DNA from: Bryobacteraceae bacterium
GTDB lineage: Bacteria > Acidobacteriota > Terriglobia > Bryobacterales > Bryobacteraceae
Assembly (NCBI GenBank): GCA_035486995.1
Contig: DATHMO010000212.1
Coordinates: 26,476 to 90,475 of the forward strand
DNA length: 64,000 bases
Reading direction: 5' to 3'
Shown: piece after piece, positions 37,526 to 46,233 of the stretch
Numbering within the stretch: the stretch's first letter is position 1
How the letters are laid out: every line of letters starts with the position of its first letter
Program-made: the position numbers and the translations under genes
Notes under the pieces: model-generated
Database searches by the model: none
The model's input: the letters and a program-made list of their open reading frames with translations, nothing else
What the model was told of the DNA's origin: nothing

Positions 37526-38673
37526 TGCAATCTCCCGCCGATCCGGCCGTGCTTGGTCATCGATGCCAGCACGTCCACCATTGCGCGCACGGCAACCAGC
37601 GCGGTTATGTCCGAAATATCGTAGGGCGGCGAGACCTCCACCGCTTCCATGGCCGCGATGCCCTCCTTGGCCACGCCTTTCAAAATCGCGAGAGCCTCGC
37701 GTGGGAGGAAACCGCCGGGCTCGGGCCATCCGGTTCCGGGGACAAATCCGGCATCTACTGAGTCAACATCGAAGGAGAGATACACGGCGCTCGCGCCTTT
37801 CCACGCCACTTCCAGCGCGATCTCGATTGTCTTGTCGATCCCGATGCGTTCGATGTCTTGAATGGTGAGAACCGTCGATCCGCGCTCACGGCCTTTCTTC
37901 ACACCCGGCCGCGGCACCTGCCAACCGCCGATGCCGACCTGCACGAGATTGGTCGGCGGGCAATTCGGAATATTGGTCGCGTGGAACCACGGACAAGTAT
38001 GCATAATCTCGTCCATGTCTTTTTCCTGCGTGTCGATGTGGCGGTCCAGGTGAATAATGCCCACCTTGCCTTCGATGCATTCCGCCACTCCGCGCGCGCA
38101 TGGAAAGCCGATGGAATGGTCGCCGCCCATGATCATCGGCAGCGTTCCTTGCGACAGAATATGCGCGACGCCCTTTGTAATTTGATCGTGACTCTTGGTG
38201 ATGTTGGCGGGGCAAAAGATATCGCCCACGTCGCACATCTTGAGCGACTCGCGCAGATCCACGCCGAGCTCGAAGTTGTAAGTGGTGTACAGCGACGAGA
38301 TGCGGCGGATTCCTTGCGGCCCAAAACGCGTCCCGGCGCGGTAGGTGGTCCCGATATCGAAGGGCACACCGACAAAAGCTACGTCGTATTCACCCACCTT
38401 GCGCACGTCTTCCAGATACGGCGTTTTGAGAAACGTGTTGATGCCGGACCAGTGCGGCAGCTCGCCGCGTTGGAAACAACTGATCTCGCTTTTGTCTTCG
38501 ATCGAATCGACGCATTCCAGGCCGAATTCCTTGCCGCGCCGGACTTCTTCCTGCCATTGGCGCGATGGAATCTGGCCCTCATCCCGAAGCGCTTTCATGC
38601 CTTCGAGTTCGGGGAGTTTCACTTCTCTGGTGTGCTCCCGATGATTCGGGGCATGGCTCTTGTAGAAGGACAT
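37522..38673 (-). CDS. arginase-family ureohydrolase (agmatinase / guanidino-acid hydrolase / guanidine hydrolase-like), long form
   Basis: 383 aa. All metal-ligand motifs are present: GGDHSIG, HLDRHIDT (D-x-H-x-D) and SFDVDSVDAGFVPGTG. It has an N-terminal extension of about 70-75 aa relative to classical ~300-aa agmatinases. Confidence 0.9.
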   Translation of the reverse strand: MSFYKSHAPNHREHTREVKLPELEGMKALRDEGQIPSRQWQEEVRRGKEFGLECVDSIEDKSEISCFQRGELPHWSGINTFLKTPYLEDVRKVGEYDVAFVGVPFDIGTTYRAGTRFGPQGIRRISSLYTTYNFELGVDLRESLKMCDVGDIFCPANITKSHDQITKGVAHILSQGTLPMIMGGDHSIGFPCARGVAECIEGKVGIIHLDRHIDTQEKDMDEIMHTCPWFHATNIPNCPPTNLVQVGIGGWQVPRPGVKKGRERGSTVLTIQDIERIGIDKTIEIALEVAWKGASAVYLSFDVDSVDAGFVPGTGWPEPGGFLPREALAILKGVAKEGIAAMEAVEVSPPYDISDITALVAVRAMVDVLASMTKHGRIGGRLH

Positions 38674-38700
38674 TTAGGATGATTGTACTTGCTTTCCTCT

Positions 38701-39585
38701 CTAGGCTTCAGCGGCGTCCACTTCTTCAGTGCGGAGGCCGTCGGGGAAGGTGCTTTGTTCAACGCGGCGGATGAGACCGGCGATTCTTTGTTCGTCGCAA
38801 CCATCCGGCACGGGGAGATCCAAGACGATATTCGCGCCATCGTCATCGCCGCCCGTGCGGCCAAGCGCAATCACACGTGTGGCCAGGATCACCGCTTCGC
38901 GCGGATTGTGAGTCACGAACAGTATGGTGGTTCCAGTTTCGCGCCAAAGATCCTTGATGAGCCGCTGCATTCCCAGTCGCGTTCCGGGATCGAGTGCGCT
39001 GAAGGCTTCGTCCATCAGGAGAACCTTGGGGCGCATAATGAGCGCCTGTGCAATCGCCACGCGCTGCTGCATGCCGCCCGAAAGCTGGTGCGGATATTTG
39101 ACGGCGTCCGATTCGCGCAGACCCATGCGACGCAGATATCCGAAGGCTTCCGCTTGAAACTCCTGGCGGCGCACGCGGCGGGCGGGAGACAGGCTGCCGA
39201 AGAATCCAACCTCGGTGACTTCGAGCCCGAAGGTGATGTTTTCGAGGACCGTGCGGTCCGGGAACAGCGAGTATTTCTGCGGCACATATCCGCAACGGCG
39301 GTCGGGCCGATGGCGAGGGCTGCCTTCCACCAGCACTTGGCCGCTCAAGGGCATTTCCTCGGCGAGCACCAAACGCAGCAACGTGGATTTTCCGCAGCCG
39401 GTTTGTCCGACGATGGAGATAAACTCGCCGGCAGTGATGTCCAGACTGACGCCGTTCAGAATATTCCGGGCGGGTTTGCCGGCCTGGCCATACGCAACAT
39501 GAACGTCCTGGATCGAAATCATGGCAGGCCCGCGTTGTGCCGCTGCCGCAGGTTTGTCGTCCATGATCGTTGGTACTGTGGCCAC
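38701..39585 (-). CDS. ABC transporter ATP-binding protein (NitT/TauT family)
   Basis: Walker A GQTGCGKSTLL, signature LSGGMQQRVAIAQAL, Walker B LLMDEAFSALD. GTG start 6 nt after the permease stop. Confidence 0.9.
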   Translation of the reverse strand: MATVPTIMDDKPAAAAQRGPAMISIQDVHVAYGQAGKPARNILNGVSLDITAGEFISIVGQTGCGKSTLLRLVLAEEMPLSGQVLVEGSPRHRPDRRCGYVPQKYSLFPDRTVLENITFGLEVTEVGFFGSLSPARRVRRQEFQAEAFGYLRRMGLRESDAVKYPHQLSGGMQQRVAIAQALIMRPKVLLMDEAFSALDPGTRLGMQRLIKDLWRETGTTILFVTHNPREAVILATRVIALGRTGGDDDGANIVLDLPVPDGCDEQRIAGLIRRVEQSTFPDGLRTEEVDAAEA

Positions 39586-39591
39586 GCTTCC

Positions 39592-40449
39592 TTACGCCTC
39601 CTGGAACCAGGGATGCAGCTTCCGGTTCAACGTGCGCATTCCGAAATCCACCAGAAACAGCAGCAGCGCCACCCACAGCACGTAAGGAATGATCGTATCC
39701 ATTCCCATGTGGCGGCGCAGCAGAGCGATGCGATACGCCAAGCCGTCTTGCGAGGCGATCATTTCGCCGGCGAATAGGAACAGCATCACCGACTTCAAAT
39801 TGAGACGGATGCTATTCAACACGCGGGGCCAGATTTGTTTGAACACGATCCGGTAAGTGATGGCGAAATCACCCGCGCCCAACGTGAAGCCCTTCACGAT
39901 CTGCTCCTTGGGCACGCCTCGTGTGAGATTGAACGAATCCAGGATGATGGTCGGTGCGACTCCAACCACGATCAACATCACTTTCGCCAGCTCGTCGATC
40001 CCAAACGCGATGAAGAGAATGGGAAGCAGCGAGAGCGCGACGATTTTGTCGAAAAACAGAACGAATCGCAGAAAAACCGACCCGACGTATGGGAACATCC
40101 CCATGTGCAACCCGAGCAGGACCGCTGGAAATAGCAGCGCCATGCTGATCAGGAAGCGCCGCCCCGTGGCCATCGTATCTTTCCACAACATGCTGTTTCG
40201 AATTTTCGTGGCCAACGACTGCTGATTAGGATCGCCTGTCACTTCGTCGTCCTCGGCCGGCTTCAACGTCGCGTCGGCGAAAGCCCGGCCCATTTGATAA
40301 AGCGTGGGCATCACTCGATCATCCGGATTTTCCAGATGGCGGGCGCGCGACACCCAGAGGTAACTCACGATTCCAGTGGCGAACAAGAGCCAGGAAAGAA
40401 TCCAGACCGTGGTGCGGGATGGCTGGGCATGAATCTGCAGGATGCTCAC
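39592..40449 (-). CDS. ABC transporter permease (NitT/TauT family)
   Basis: Track ORF trimmed to the GTG at 40449, which overlaps the SBP stop (GTGA). 285 aa, about 6 TM segments, EAA-like loop LGAGDFAITYRIVFKQIWPRV. Confidence 0.85.
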   Translation of the reverse strand: MSILQIHAQPSRTTVWILSWLLFATGIVSYLWVSRARHLENPDDRVMPTLYQMGRAFADATLKPAEDDEVTGDPNQQSLATKIRNSMLWKDTMATGRRFLISMALLFPAVLLGLHMGMFPYVGSVFLRFVLFFDKIVALSLLPILFIAFGIDELAKVMLIVVGVAPTIILDSFNLTRGVPKEQIVKGFTLGAGDFAITYRIVFKQIWPRVLNSIRLNLKSVMLFLFAGEMIASQDGLAYRIALLRRHMGMDTIIPYVLWVALLLFLVDFGMRTLNRKLHPWFQEA

Positions 40450-41519
40450 AGCTTGCCTCCAGCGGCGAGCTCCATGTAGGACGCGTCGAACCGCAATCGC
40501 ACGCGATCCTTCTTGCCTTGCACGGAGCCATCGGGGAAGCGAATCGCCACGTCGTCCGGCGAACTGGTTTTGTCGCCCAGCAATCCATGCGAGAAACAGA
40601 ACTGCCGCACCAGCTCCATGGTCTTTTTCAGTTGCTCCGACTTGGTCATCTCGAGCGCGGAGGGCGCGGTGTAAAACAAGTGCGTGGTCGCAAGTTGCTC
40701 CTTGTACGAAGCCAGGGTGTCTTCGGAGACTTCGGCGATGGACGAAAGCACCTTGTCGCCTTCCGGCCCCGGCTTGGCCATTTGCGCCGTTAGTTCGTAC
40801 CATGCGCCAGCGATCGCTTTCGCGAAGCGTTGCCCGGACCCATCCGGCCGATTCAGCACTTCGGTGCGCACCACCATCAGGTCCAGAATTTCTCCAGGGA
40901 TCTTCGAAGAATCGAAGATCTTGGTGATCCCTTTGCCCTTGAGGATTTGCGAGACCAGCGGCTTCCAGGTGACCACAACATCCTGGCTTGTATCGCTCAG
41001 GAATGCGCCCGCGATGTCGGAATCCGACGTGTTCACATACTTCACACGCTTCAATTCGCCCGAGAGATTGTTAATCGTCATCGCGCGCTCAAACAAGTAT
41101 TGCGAGACGGTCTTCTCCACCAGCAGAACGCGCTTACCTGGGATCTGTCCCAGCGTGAGATTGTGGCGCACCAGCACCGCGTCGTTCCCGTTCGAATAAT
41201 CGCCAACGATGATGGACGTGGTATCGACGCCCGCCGCCGCTGGCATATCGAGCGCCTCCATGTTGGTCATCGCGCACGCGTCGATGTTCTTAGCTACGAA
41301 TGCATCCAGCGACGGCGCGTAGTCGAAGCGCTGGACCTTGATGGCGACGCCGTATTTGTCCGCCCACTTCTTCAGCAGCCCGGACTTGGCCATATACTGA
41401 TACGGGTCCCAGCCGACGTAAACGGACCATCCGAGCGTGAAAGTCGGCGGATTACCGGCCGCGCGCAAGGCGCCCGACAGCAGAAACAGCGCGGGTAAAA
41501 TTAGGAGGAATTTTCGCAT
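40446..41519 (-). CDS. ABC transporter periplasmic substrate-binding protein (NMT1/NitT-TauT type; resembles the urea/guanidine-carboxylase-associated SBP family)
   Basis: Signal peptide MRKFLLILPALFLLSGALRA. Contains FTLGWSVYVGWDPYQY...KKWADKYGVAIKV...CAMTNMEALDMPAAAGVDTTSIIVGDYSNGNDAV. Confidence 0.85.
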   Translation of the reverse strand: MRKFLLILPALFLLSGALRAAGNPPTFTLGWSVYVGWDPYQYMAKSGLLKKWADKYGVAIKVQRFDYAPSLDAFVAKNIDACAMTNMEALDMPAAAGVDTTSIIVGDYSNGNDAVLVRHNLTLGQIPGKRVLLVEKTVSQYLFERAMTINNLSGELKRVKYVNTSDSDIAGAFLSDTSQDVVVTWKPLVSQILKGKGITKIFDSSKIPGEILDLMVVRTEVLNRPDGSGQRFAKAIAGAWYELTAQMAKPGPEGDKVLSSIAEVSEDTLASYKEQLATTHLFYTAPSALEMTKSEQLKKTMELVRQFCFSHGLLGDKTSSPDDVAIRFPDGSVQGKKDRVRLRFDASYMELAAGGKL

Positions 41520-41573
41520 CTCAACCGTCCGTGCAGCAGGGCACCAGGATGGCTACATGGCCGGTTGGATCTC

Positions 41574-42206
41574 TCAGTATATCGCAACGAGCTTGATTCC
41601 AACCGCCGCGCTCGCTCGGTCGCCTTGCTTATCTTTTTCCTTGTCCTTTTCGCCGCGCAGAGCCTTCTCGATTGCCACCGCCAGCTCCGGGGAATCGGGC
41701 GCCACGTCAGGCTCAAAACGCTGCACGATCTTGCCCTCGCGATCGGCCAGAAATTTCGTGAAATTCCAACGGATGGGTCCACCCGTGCTGGGATTGGCTT
41801 GCTTGTCCGTTAGAAATTGATACAGAGGCGATATGTGCTCGCCGGCGAGCGAGAGCTTGGCGAACATCGGGAACGTGACTTTGTATTTACCGGCGGCCAG
41901 CTGCTGAATCGCGTCGTTGCCATCGGGCTCTTCCTGGCCAAAATCGTTGCTCGGAAACGCGAGAATCACCAGCCCCTGGTCTTTGTATTTTTCGTAGAGC
42001 GCTTCCAGGCCCTCATACTGCGGCGTGAAGATGCTGTGGCTGGCAACGTTCACGATCAGCAGCACCTTCCCGCGATAAGAAGCCAAGGGCGCCGGTTTGC
42101 CGTCGATCGCGAGCGGAATGTAATCCAGAACCGTGGTGGCGCCGAGAAACACGCCACTCATGGCAAACAGGATCGCGGCTAGAGCGCCAACGCGGCTAAA
42201 ACTCAT
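41574..42206 (-). CDS. glutathione peroxidase-fold protein lacking both conserved cysteines, membrane-anchored/secreted
   Basis: GPx motifs LLIVNVASHSIFTPQYEGLEALYEKY, AFPSNDFGQEEP and WNFTKFL. The peroxidatic position is Ser (AGC, 42033-42035) and the FPCNQF Cys is also Ser. N-terminal hydrophobic segment. Start ATG 42206 overlaps the upstream gene by 11 nt. Confidence 0.8.
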   Translation of the reverse strand: MSFSRVGALAAILFAMSGVFLGATTVLDYIPLAIDGKPAPLASYRGKVLLIVNVASHSIFTPQYEGLEALYEKYKDQGLVILAFPSNDFGQEEPDGNDAIQQLAAGKYKVTFPMFAKLSLAGEHISPLYQFLTDKQANPSTGGPIRWNFTKFLADREGKIVQRFEPDVAPDSPELAVAIEKALRGEKDKEKDKQGDRASAAVGIKLVAIY

Positions 42207-45200
42207 ATCGAAGTGCGAACTGCATTTCACGCGGCGGCATCGTGTTTTGATATTCGCCGAACTGCGTCGGATTTTGCAACGAGAGACTCGGCTGGATGAA
42301 GTTTACATTATTAAACGCGTTGTACGCTTCCGCCCGGAACTGGATGCTGTGTCCTTCCCAAGGTAGCGCGAAAGACTTCGCAACCCCGATATCGAAGTTC
42401 TTCATTCCTGCCAGGCGGACCAGGGCCCGCTCTCCAGCCGCCGACCCCGGGTAGCCATCCGCAAAACTATTAGCCGCGTTTGTGCTGCCGAACACGCTTG
42501 GATTGCCGCTGCTATCGTAGCCATTCTGCACCCTGTAAGAGCCGGTCGCGATTGCGAGAGTACCCTGCCAGTAATTGACATCCCAGGTTTGATTGCCTTG
42601 AACCACGCTCGGCAGCCCGCTTGAGAATCGCATGATGCTCGAAACCTGCCAGCCCCCGAAAATCTCGTTGGCCCAGCCCGGAGCATTATTCCAGAACGGC
42701 TTGCCCTTACCAACCGGGAGTTCATACACCACGTCGATGTTGGCCTGATTACGGATATCGAAATCCGACGATCCGCGGAATTGGCCGGGGTTGAAAATAT
42801 TCTGAATCACCGCGCCATCCTGACCGGAAGAGCCTTCGGCAGCCGACGCATTATCGATGGAATGGGACAGCGTGTAGTTGAAGTCGAAGGAGAGGCCGGA
42901 ACTGAAAGCGCGCCTCACGCTGACGGTGCCGGCATTGTAATTGGCATCGCCCGCATTCATCCACGTCGGCATCGAACTTCCTTGCGGGGCGAAAAACGTA
43001 TAGCAGCCGAACTTAGAAGCGCAAGTGCCGGGCGCGGTGTATTGGCCAGGAATGCGGTCCACCGAGTGCAGCATGTCCAGATAGCTGCCTCCGTACACTC
43101 CGTAAATGCCGTAAAAGTAGTTCGCAGAGGCGCTGCCCGGGAAGAAAGCGTTCTTGACGGCCGCGAACATATCCTGAATGTACGGGTTGTTGGGCACCAG
43201 CGAAGGATTGGTCATTACGGCCTGTGCCGCGGCGCTCGGGCTGCAGTTCTGCGTATAGTTACCCATCGATGCACAGATCGAGTTGTAGGTATTCCGGATC
43301 GACGTCATGCTCGTCGTCCAAGTCTGGCCCGATCCTGGATCGTATAGATTCTCAAGCGGCGTGTACACGTCGCCCTGCAACAGCAACTTGCGAGAAAGCC
43401 TGCCAGCATACGATACTTCCAGCGTCATCTTGCCTGGTATTTGGCGCGCGAACGACGCATTCAGCAGGATCGAGTAGGGCGACTTCAAGTCAGGATAGAT
43501 TCCCTGAAACTCGCCGACGATTCCGTTGACGTCCGGCGGGGTGTAGGGAAAGCCCGTCGTTGGAGCGGCTGGAAGAGTCGGCACACTTCCGTTGTAACGC
43601 GGTGAGGTCGTATAAGTATAAGAGACCGGATTGTTCAGCGTCGTCGCCAACCCGAATGAACCGAACTGATCGAACTCGGTGATCAATTCGCTGCCAAAGC
43701 GGTCGTAAAGCATCGCGCCGCCCATCCGGAAGACGCCGCCGTTTCCAAAGATGGCTTGCATCAGACCGCCGCGATCCTTGGGACTGTAGGCCAGAGCGAA
43801 TCGCGGTCCGAAGTTGTTATCGTCGGGATTATACCAGCTCGACTTGCCGTTCACCGGGCCGTTCGGGCTGTAGCTCAGGATCGCATTGGGCATGGCGTTG
43901 GAAGGAACGCCCTCCGCTCCCAATCCGACGCGCTGGGCGAAATATTGATCGAGGCCGATGTTGGGAGCCACTTGCAGCCCATTCGCCTCGTAGGGCGGCG
44001 GGTCGTTGGTATAGCGCAGCCCAAAGGTCAGAGTCAATTCGCGCGTGGCACGCCATTGATCGCTGAGGAACCCTTCATACTCGCGCATTACGAACGCTCG
44101 AACATCGGGTGCGCCTTGCGGCAACAGCGTGCCGCCCTTCCCCACCTGGTAAGTAACTTGTACATTGTTGACCAGGCCGAGCAAAACTCCCATCGCGGAC
44201 GCAACTGCGAACGGGTTGCCAAGCGCGAAATTCGCATTGCCGGTCTGGCCGATCATGTAGTTCTGCACATCGGTCTGAATGTCTTCACCCAATCCCACTG
44301 CCACGTTCGCGCTAAATCCATAGGTTGGATAAGAATTCGCGTAGGTGAATTTGTTATTCGTCATCACTCGGAAATTGAGACCCGTGCTGATGGTGTGCTT
44401 GCCCTTGGTCCAAGTGAGAGTGTCGACGATATTTTTGACAGGCAGAATTCGTCCATTGCCGCGCGCAAAGTAGTTCTGCAGCTCGTCCAATGGGTACAGC
44501 TGGAAGGAGTCGCCAGTTGTTCCTGAGTAATTCAAGCCCTGGCGAGTGTAGCCAAAGGTTAGGCTGTTGATCAAAGTCGGCGTCAGAATGGCGGTATATG
44601 TCGCCGAGATGCCCTTGCTGTTGTTCAGGAGCTCACTGGCGGGTTGCTGGCTGGGAAATTGCGCCAAAGCAGTGGGCTGATCCTGATTCGCATTCGACAA
44701 TGTGCCGCGAACCGAAACCGTGTGCTTCGCCGCGCTATCGAGGATAAAATCCATTTTGCCCACGTAGGCGCGATTATCCAGCGCATCCGGCGCGTTGAAG
44801 CGATATCCGGTGAAATTCAAGCCGCCATCGGATTGCCCCGAGTTACCGCCGCCCCCGTAATTGGGGTCGTTGCCCACCGGGTATTGATTCAGAATGTTGA
44901 GATATCCCTGATTCACGCCGATGTGCAGAGGATCGATTGCCTGGATCTGAGCAGGACCAAGCGTATAAACGTTGTTGTTGGCGTCGGAAAACGTTAGGAT
45001 GCCTTGCTTCAGACTTTGGCTAGGAACCAGGCGCTCCACCGCTTGCGAGCTCGCGTCGATGCGGCGCTCGTAGTTGAAGAAATAGAAGATGCGATCCTTC
45101 TTTATCGGCCCGCCCAGCGATGCTCCGAACTGGTTGCGGTTGAGAGGTGTCACCGGAACACCGTCGCGATCGTTGAACCAACTGTTGGCCGCGGTAACCG

Positions 45201-46029
45201 TATTGCGGTTGTATTCGTATGCCGAACCGTGCAATCGATTGGTGCCGCTCTTGGTGATCAAAACCACCTGCCCGCCCGACGAGCGGCCTTCGTCGGCGCC
45301 CTGGCCGGCCACTGTAACGCGAAACTCCTGGACCGAATCGAGTGGGATCGGCAACACGGAGTTAAAGCCCGCAACGGGACTCTGTCCGCTGGCATTGGTA
45401 CCCTGCTGAGATCCAACATCCGCTTGGCCTCCGATGCCGGAGTTCTCGTTGTCGTTCACATCCACGCCATCCAGGATGATGTTGTTCTGATCGCGCCGCG
45501 ATCCCATCACTTCTCCGGTTTGCGTTACGCCGGGCTGCAGGCTCAGCAACTCGACGACGTTGCGCGTATCCAGCGGCAACTGCTTGATCGAATGCTCGGT
45601 GAAGGCATTGCCGATGGAGGCGTCGGAAGTGCTGATGGTTGAGGTCTCGGCCGTGACGTTGACCGTTTGCCCCGTCGTGCCCACCTCCAGTTGCAGATTG
45701 AGTGTCTCTGGAACGTTGATCTGCAACACCACATGTTCGCGTGTCGCTTGCGCGAAGCCAGGCTTGGTCACGGTCATCGTATACTCACCGGGCATTTGCT
45801 GCAGGAACTGATATTCGCCGGTGTTATCGGTCACAACCTGTCGCGACGCGCCGGTGGCGACACTCGTCAACTGTACGATCGCCGCCGGAATCACGGCGCC
45901 CTGCGCGTCGGAGATCACACCACGTAAGGAACTCGTGGATTGAGCCTGAAGCATTGAGACTGCGGACAGCAGGCTTAGCCCCGCTAAAAGAATTCGCCAG
46001 GAGCGACCTGAGCAAGTCGTCGTGAACAT
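42196..46029 (-). CDS. TonB-dependent receptor-like outer membrane protein with N-terminal carboxypeptidase-regulatory-like domain
   Basis: 1277 aa. Signal peptide, then CarboxypepD_reg pattern LRGVISDAQGAVIPAAIVQLTSVATGASRQVVTDNTGEYQFLQQMPGEYTMTV. Long beta-rich body with a terminal ...FALRYEF. AAGGAGAG Shine-Dalgarno. Confidence 0.85.
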   Translation of the reverse strand: MFTTTCSGRSWRILLAGLSLLSAVSMLQAQSTSSLRGVISDAQGAVIPAAIVQLTSVATGASRQVVTDNTGEYQFLQQMPGEYTMTVTKPGFAQATREHVVLQINVPETLNLQLEVGTTGQTVNVTAETSTISTSDASIGNAFTEHSIKQLPLDTRNVVELLSLQPGVTQTGEVMGSRRDQNNIILDGVDVNDNENSGIGGQADVGSQQGTNASGQSPVAGFNSVLPIPLDSVQEFRVTVAGQGADEGRSSGGQVVLITKSGTNRLHGSAYEYNRNTVTAANSWFNDRDGVPVTPLNRNQFGASLGGPIKKDRIFYFFNYERRIDASSQAVERLVPSQSLKQGILTFSDANNNVYTLGPAQIQAIDPLHIGVNQGYLNILNQYPVGNDPNYGGGGNSGQSDGGLNFTGYRFNAPDALDNRAYVGKMDFILDSAAKHTVSVRGTLSNANQDQPTALAQFPSQQPASELLNNSKGISATYTAILTPTLINSLTFGYTRQGLNYSGTTGDSFQLYPLDELQNYFARGNGRILPVKNIVDTLTWTKGKHTISTGLNFRVMTNNKFTYANSYPTYGFSANVAVGLGEDIQTDVQNYMIGQTGNANFALGNPFAVASAMGVLLGLVNNVQVTYQVGKGGTLLPQGAPDVRAFVMREYEGFLSDQWRATRELTLTFGLRYTNDPPPYEANGLQVAPNIGLDQYFAQRVGLGAEGVPSNAMPNAILSYSPNGPVNGKSSWYNPDDNNFGPRFALAYSPKDRGGLMQAIFGNGGVFRMGGAMLYDRFGSELITEFDQFGSFGLATTLNNPVSYTYTTSPRYNGSVPTLPAAPTTGFPYTPPDVNGIVGEFQGIYPDLKSPYSILLNASFARQIPGKMTLEVSYAGRLSRKLLLQGDVYTPLENLYDPGSGQTWTTSMTSIRNTYNSICASMGNYTQNCSPSAAAQAVMTNPSLVPNNPYIQDMFAAVKNAFFPGSASANYFYGIYGVYGGSYLDMLHSVDRIPGQYTAPGTCASKFGCYTFFAPQGSSMPTWMNAGDANYNAGTVSVRRAFSSGLSFDFNYTLSHSIDNASAAEGSSGQDGAVIQNIFNPGQFRGSSDFDIRNQANIDVVYELPVGKGKPFWNNAPGWANEIFGGWQVSSIMRFSSGLPSVVQGNQTWDVNYWQGTLAIATGSYRVQNGYDSSGNPSVFGSTNAANSFADGYPGSAAGERALVRLAGMKNFDIGVAKSFALPWEGHSIQFRAEAYNAFNNVNFIQPSLSLQNPTQFGEYQNTMPPREMQFALRYEF

Positions 46030-46233
46030 ACGCCTCTCCTTGAACTGGAAGTTGGGAAATCACCATGGAGCGACAGGCTCGGGGCGCCGACAAGGCGAGA
46101 GGGCCGCGGTAGCGGTGCGGCGAAGAACTCAGCGAAGAGTTGATGTCAAATCTGCGAGGCTGTGCGGAAGTAAGAAATCCACACTAAGAATTACAACTAT
46201 TCTCCGAAAAACAACCCCACAGACGGTTTTCTA

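Noticed and set aside
37526-37729. N-terminal 68 codons of the 609-aa ORF as real coding sequence
   Set aside because: This stretch is the alternative frame of the ureohydrolase C-terminus (208-nt overlap), and its composition is junk-like (RGSRDFERRGQGGHRGHGSGGG). It is kept only as a formal alternative start.
41520-41573. Search for a guanidine riboswitch (ykkC / mini-ykkC) upstream of the ABC importer
   Set aside because: The gap is only 54 nt, too short for guanidine-I. An ACGG occurs (CTGCACGGACGG), but the flanks do not form the GC-closed hairpins required for guanidine-II. I found no match to the ykkC consensus in the 46030-46262 leader either.
42033-42035. Possible selenocysteine recoding in the GPx-like gene
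   Set aside because: The codon at the peroxidatic position is AGC (Ser), not TGA. There is no in-frame TGA, so there is no reason to invoke a SECIS element.
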